Positions 19,990 to 20,615 of a DNA stretch of 20,615 nucleotides are shown here, in pieces (the first letter of the stretch is position 1; every line of letters begins with the position of its first letter). The notes beneath the pieces are model-generated. The model was given only the letters and a program-made list of their open reading frames with translations, had not been told where the DNA came from and did no database searches. Source of the DNA: Amoebophrya sp. A120 (Eukaryota; Protista; Dinoflagellata); contig CAJINV010000038.1 of NCBI GenBank assembly GCA_905178155.1, positions 63,810 to 84,424 of the forward strand. Reading direction: 5' to 3'. The translations under genes were made by a program, and so were the position numbers.

Positions 19990-20115
19990 AGCTAGCAGCA
20001 CCCTAAGGGTTTCCCAGGCGGGCCCCCACCCCAGTACCTACTGGCCGGGCCCTGCAACGTTTAACTTCGGAGTTCGGATGAGATCCGGCGCATTCGTTGC
20101 GGTATGGCCGCTAGC
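19990..20115 (-). rRNA. 5S rRNA, copy 2 (4-nt insertion at the loop E region)
   Basis: The minus strand reads GCTAGCGGCCATACC...CCGGATCTCATCCGAACTCCGAAGTTAA...CAGTAGGTACTGGGG...GTGCTGCTAGCT, ~126 nt. Helix I pairs fully. Confidence 0.93.
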
Positions 20116-20221
20116 AACTACAGAGACGCAGCCTCCTCGGCTCTAGGTGACTAGTCACCTCATCCGTTTCCGGATGTGTTGTCTGCCGAAGCTCCGCTCG
20201 AACTGCTTGCCGTTCGGCTAG

Positions 20222-20615
20222 CAGGACTCGAGTCGTCGCTTTCGGCTTTTTGCCAATGCGGCTCGTAGCCAATCACTAGATTTGCTCTAGCTTTAGCTAC
20301 TTACCACAAAGTATGCGATTTTTTACAACGTTAGAGTATCCGGAACTCTAGTTTTTTGCTACTTAGGTAATTTTGACCAGGTTGCGCCTCCGGCTGAAGC
20401 CAGGTCCTGGGTCCGATTCCCAGGCTCGATTCCCGGTCCTGGTCCTGGTCCTGGTCCTGGGACCCGGGTTCGATTCCCGGTCGGTCCGACCTCCTGGTTC
20501 GATTCCTGGCGTTGCTTCAAAAGCTCTCGGGTTCGACTCCCCGGAATGTTCGGCCTGGGTCCGATTCCCAGGCTCGATTCCCGGTCCTGGTCCTGGTCCT
20601 GGGACCCGGGTTCCA
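20222..20615. repeat. Spacer block copy B (20222-20548), followed by an internal re-duplication with (ggtcct)n running off the window end
   Basis: Matches 19250-19539. The segment 20555-20615 repeats 20406-20470, and ggtcct hexamers are expanded at ~20435-20460 and ~20583-20602. Confidence 0.9.

Noticed and set aside
20116-20365. U6, U2 or U1 snRNA in the cassette (acagaga near 20120, tcgctttcggcttttt near 20236, acttacc near 20299)
   Set aside because: The matches are only short seeds. The conserved continuations (AGATTAGCATGG for U6, GTGTAGTA for U2, ACTTACCTG plus stem-loops for U1) are missing.

Overview
This is eukaryotic DNA, most likely from a dinoflagellate or a related myzozoan alveolate such as a syndinian or perkinsid. 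The basis is a DinoSL-type spliced-leader RNA gene on the minus strand (19677-19732) lying directly downstream of two tandem 5S rRNA copies. The window has three zones. (1) 1-2330 is a run of three different CpG-rich satellites, each built around a palindrome. (2) About 3100-18270 holds plus-strand, mostly orphan, low-complexity and probably intron-interrupted ORFs. One encodes two degenerate KH-like domains. A 582-aa ORF carries the motif series of the restriction-like (RLE, PD-(D/E)xK) endonuclease of site-specific non-LTR retrotransposons, but has no reverse transcriptase or CCHC knuckle in frame. (3) 18270-20615 contains degenerate tandem repeats and then a 5S-5S-SL RNA cassette. The cassette is flanked by a ~290-330 bp block repeated at ~1.0 kb spacing that is packed with tRNA T-arm/B-box-like hairpins. 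The most notable points are the 20-nt SL variant with a shortened U-tract, the two 5S copies with complementary defects, the B-box arrays downstream of the SL gene, and the apparently stand-alone RLE nuclease. All protein family calls are by-eye motif recognition and no searches were run.
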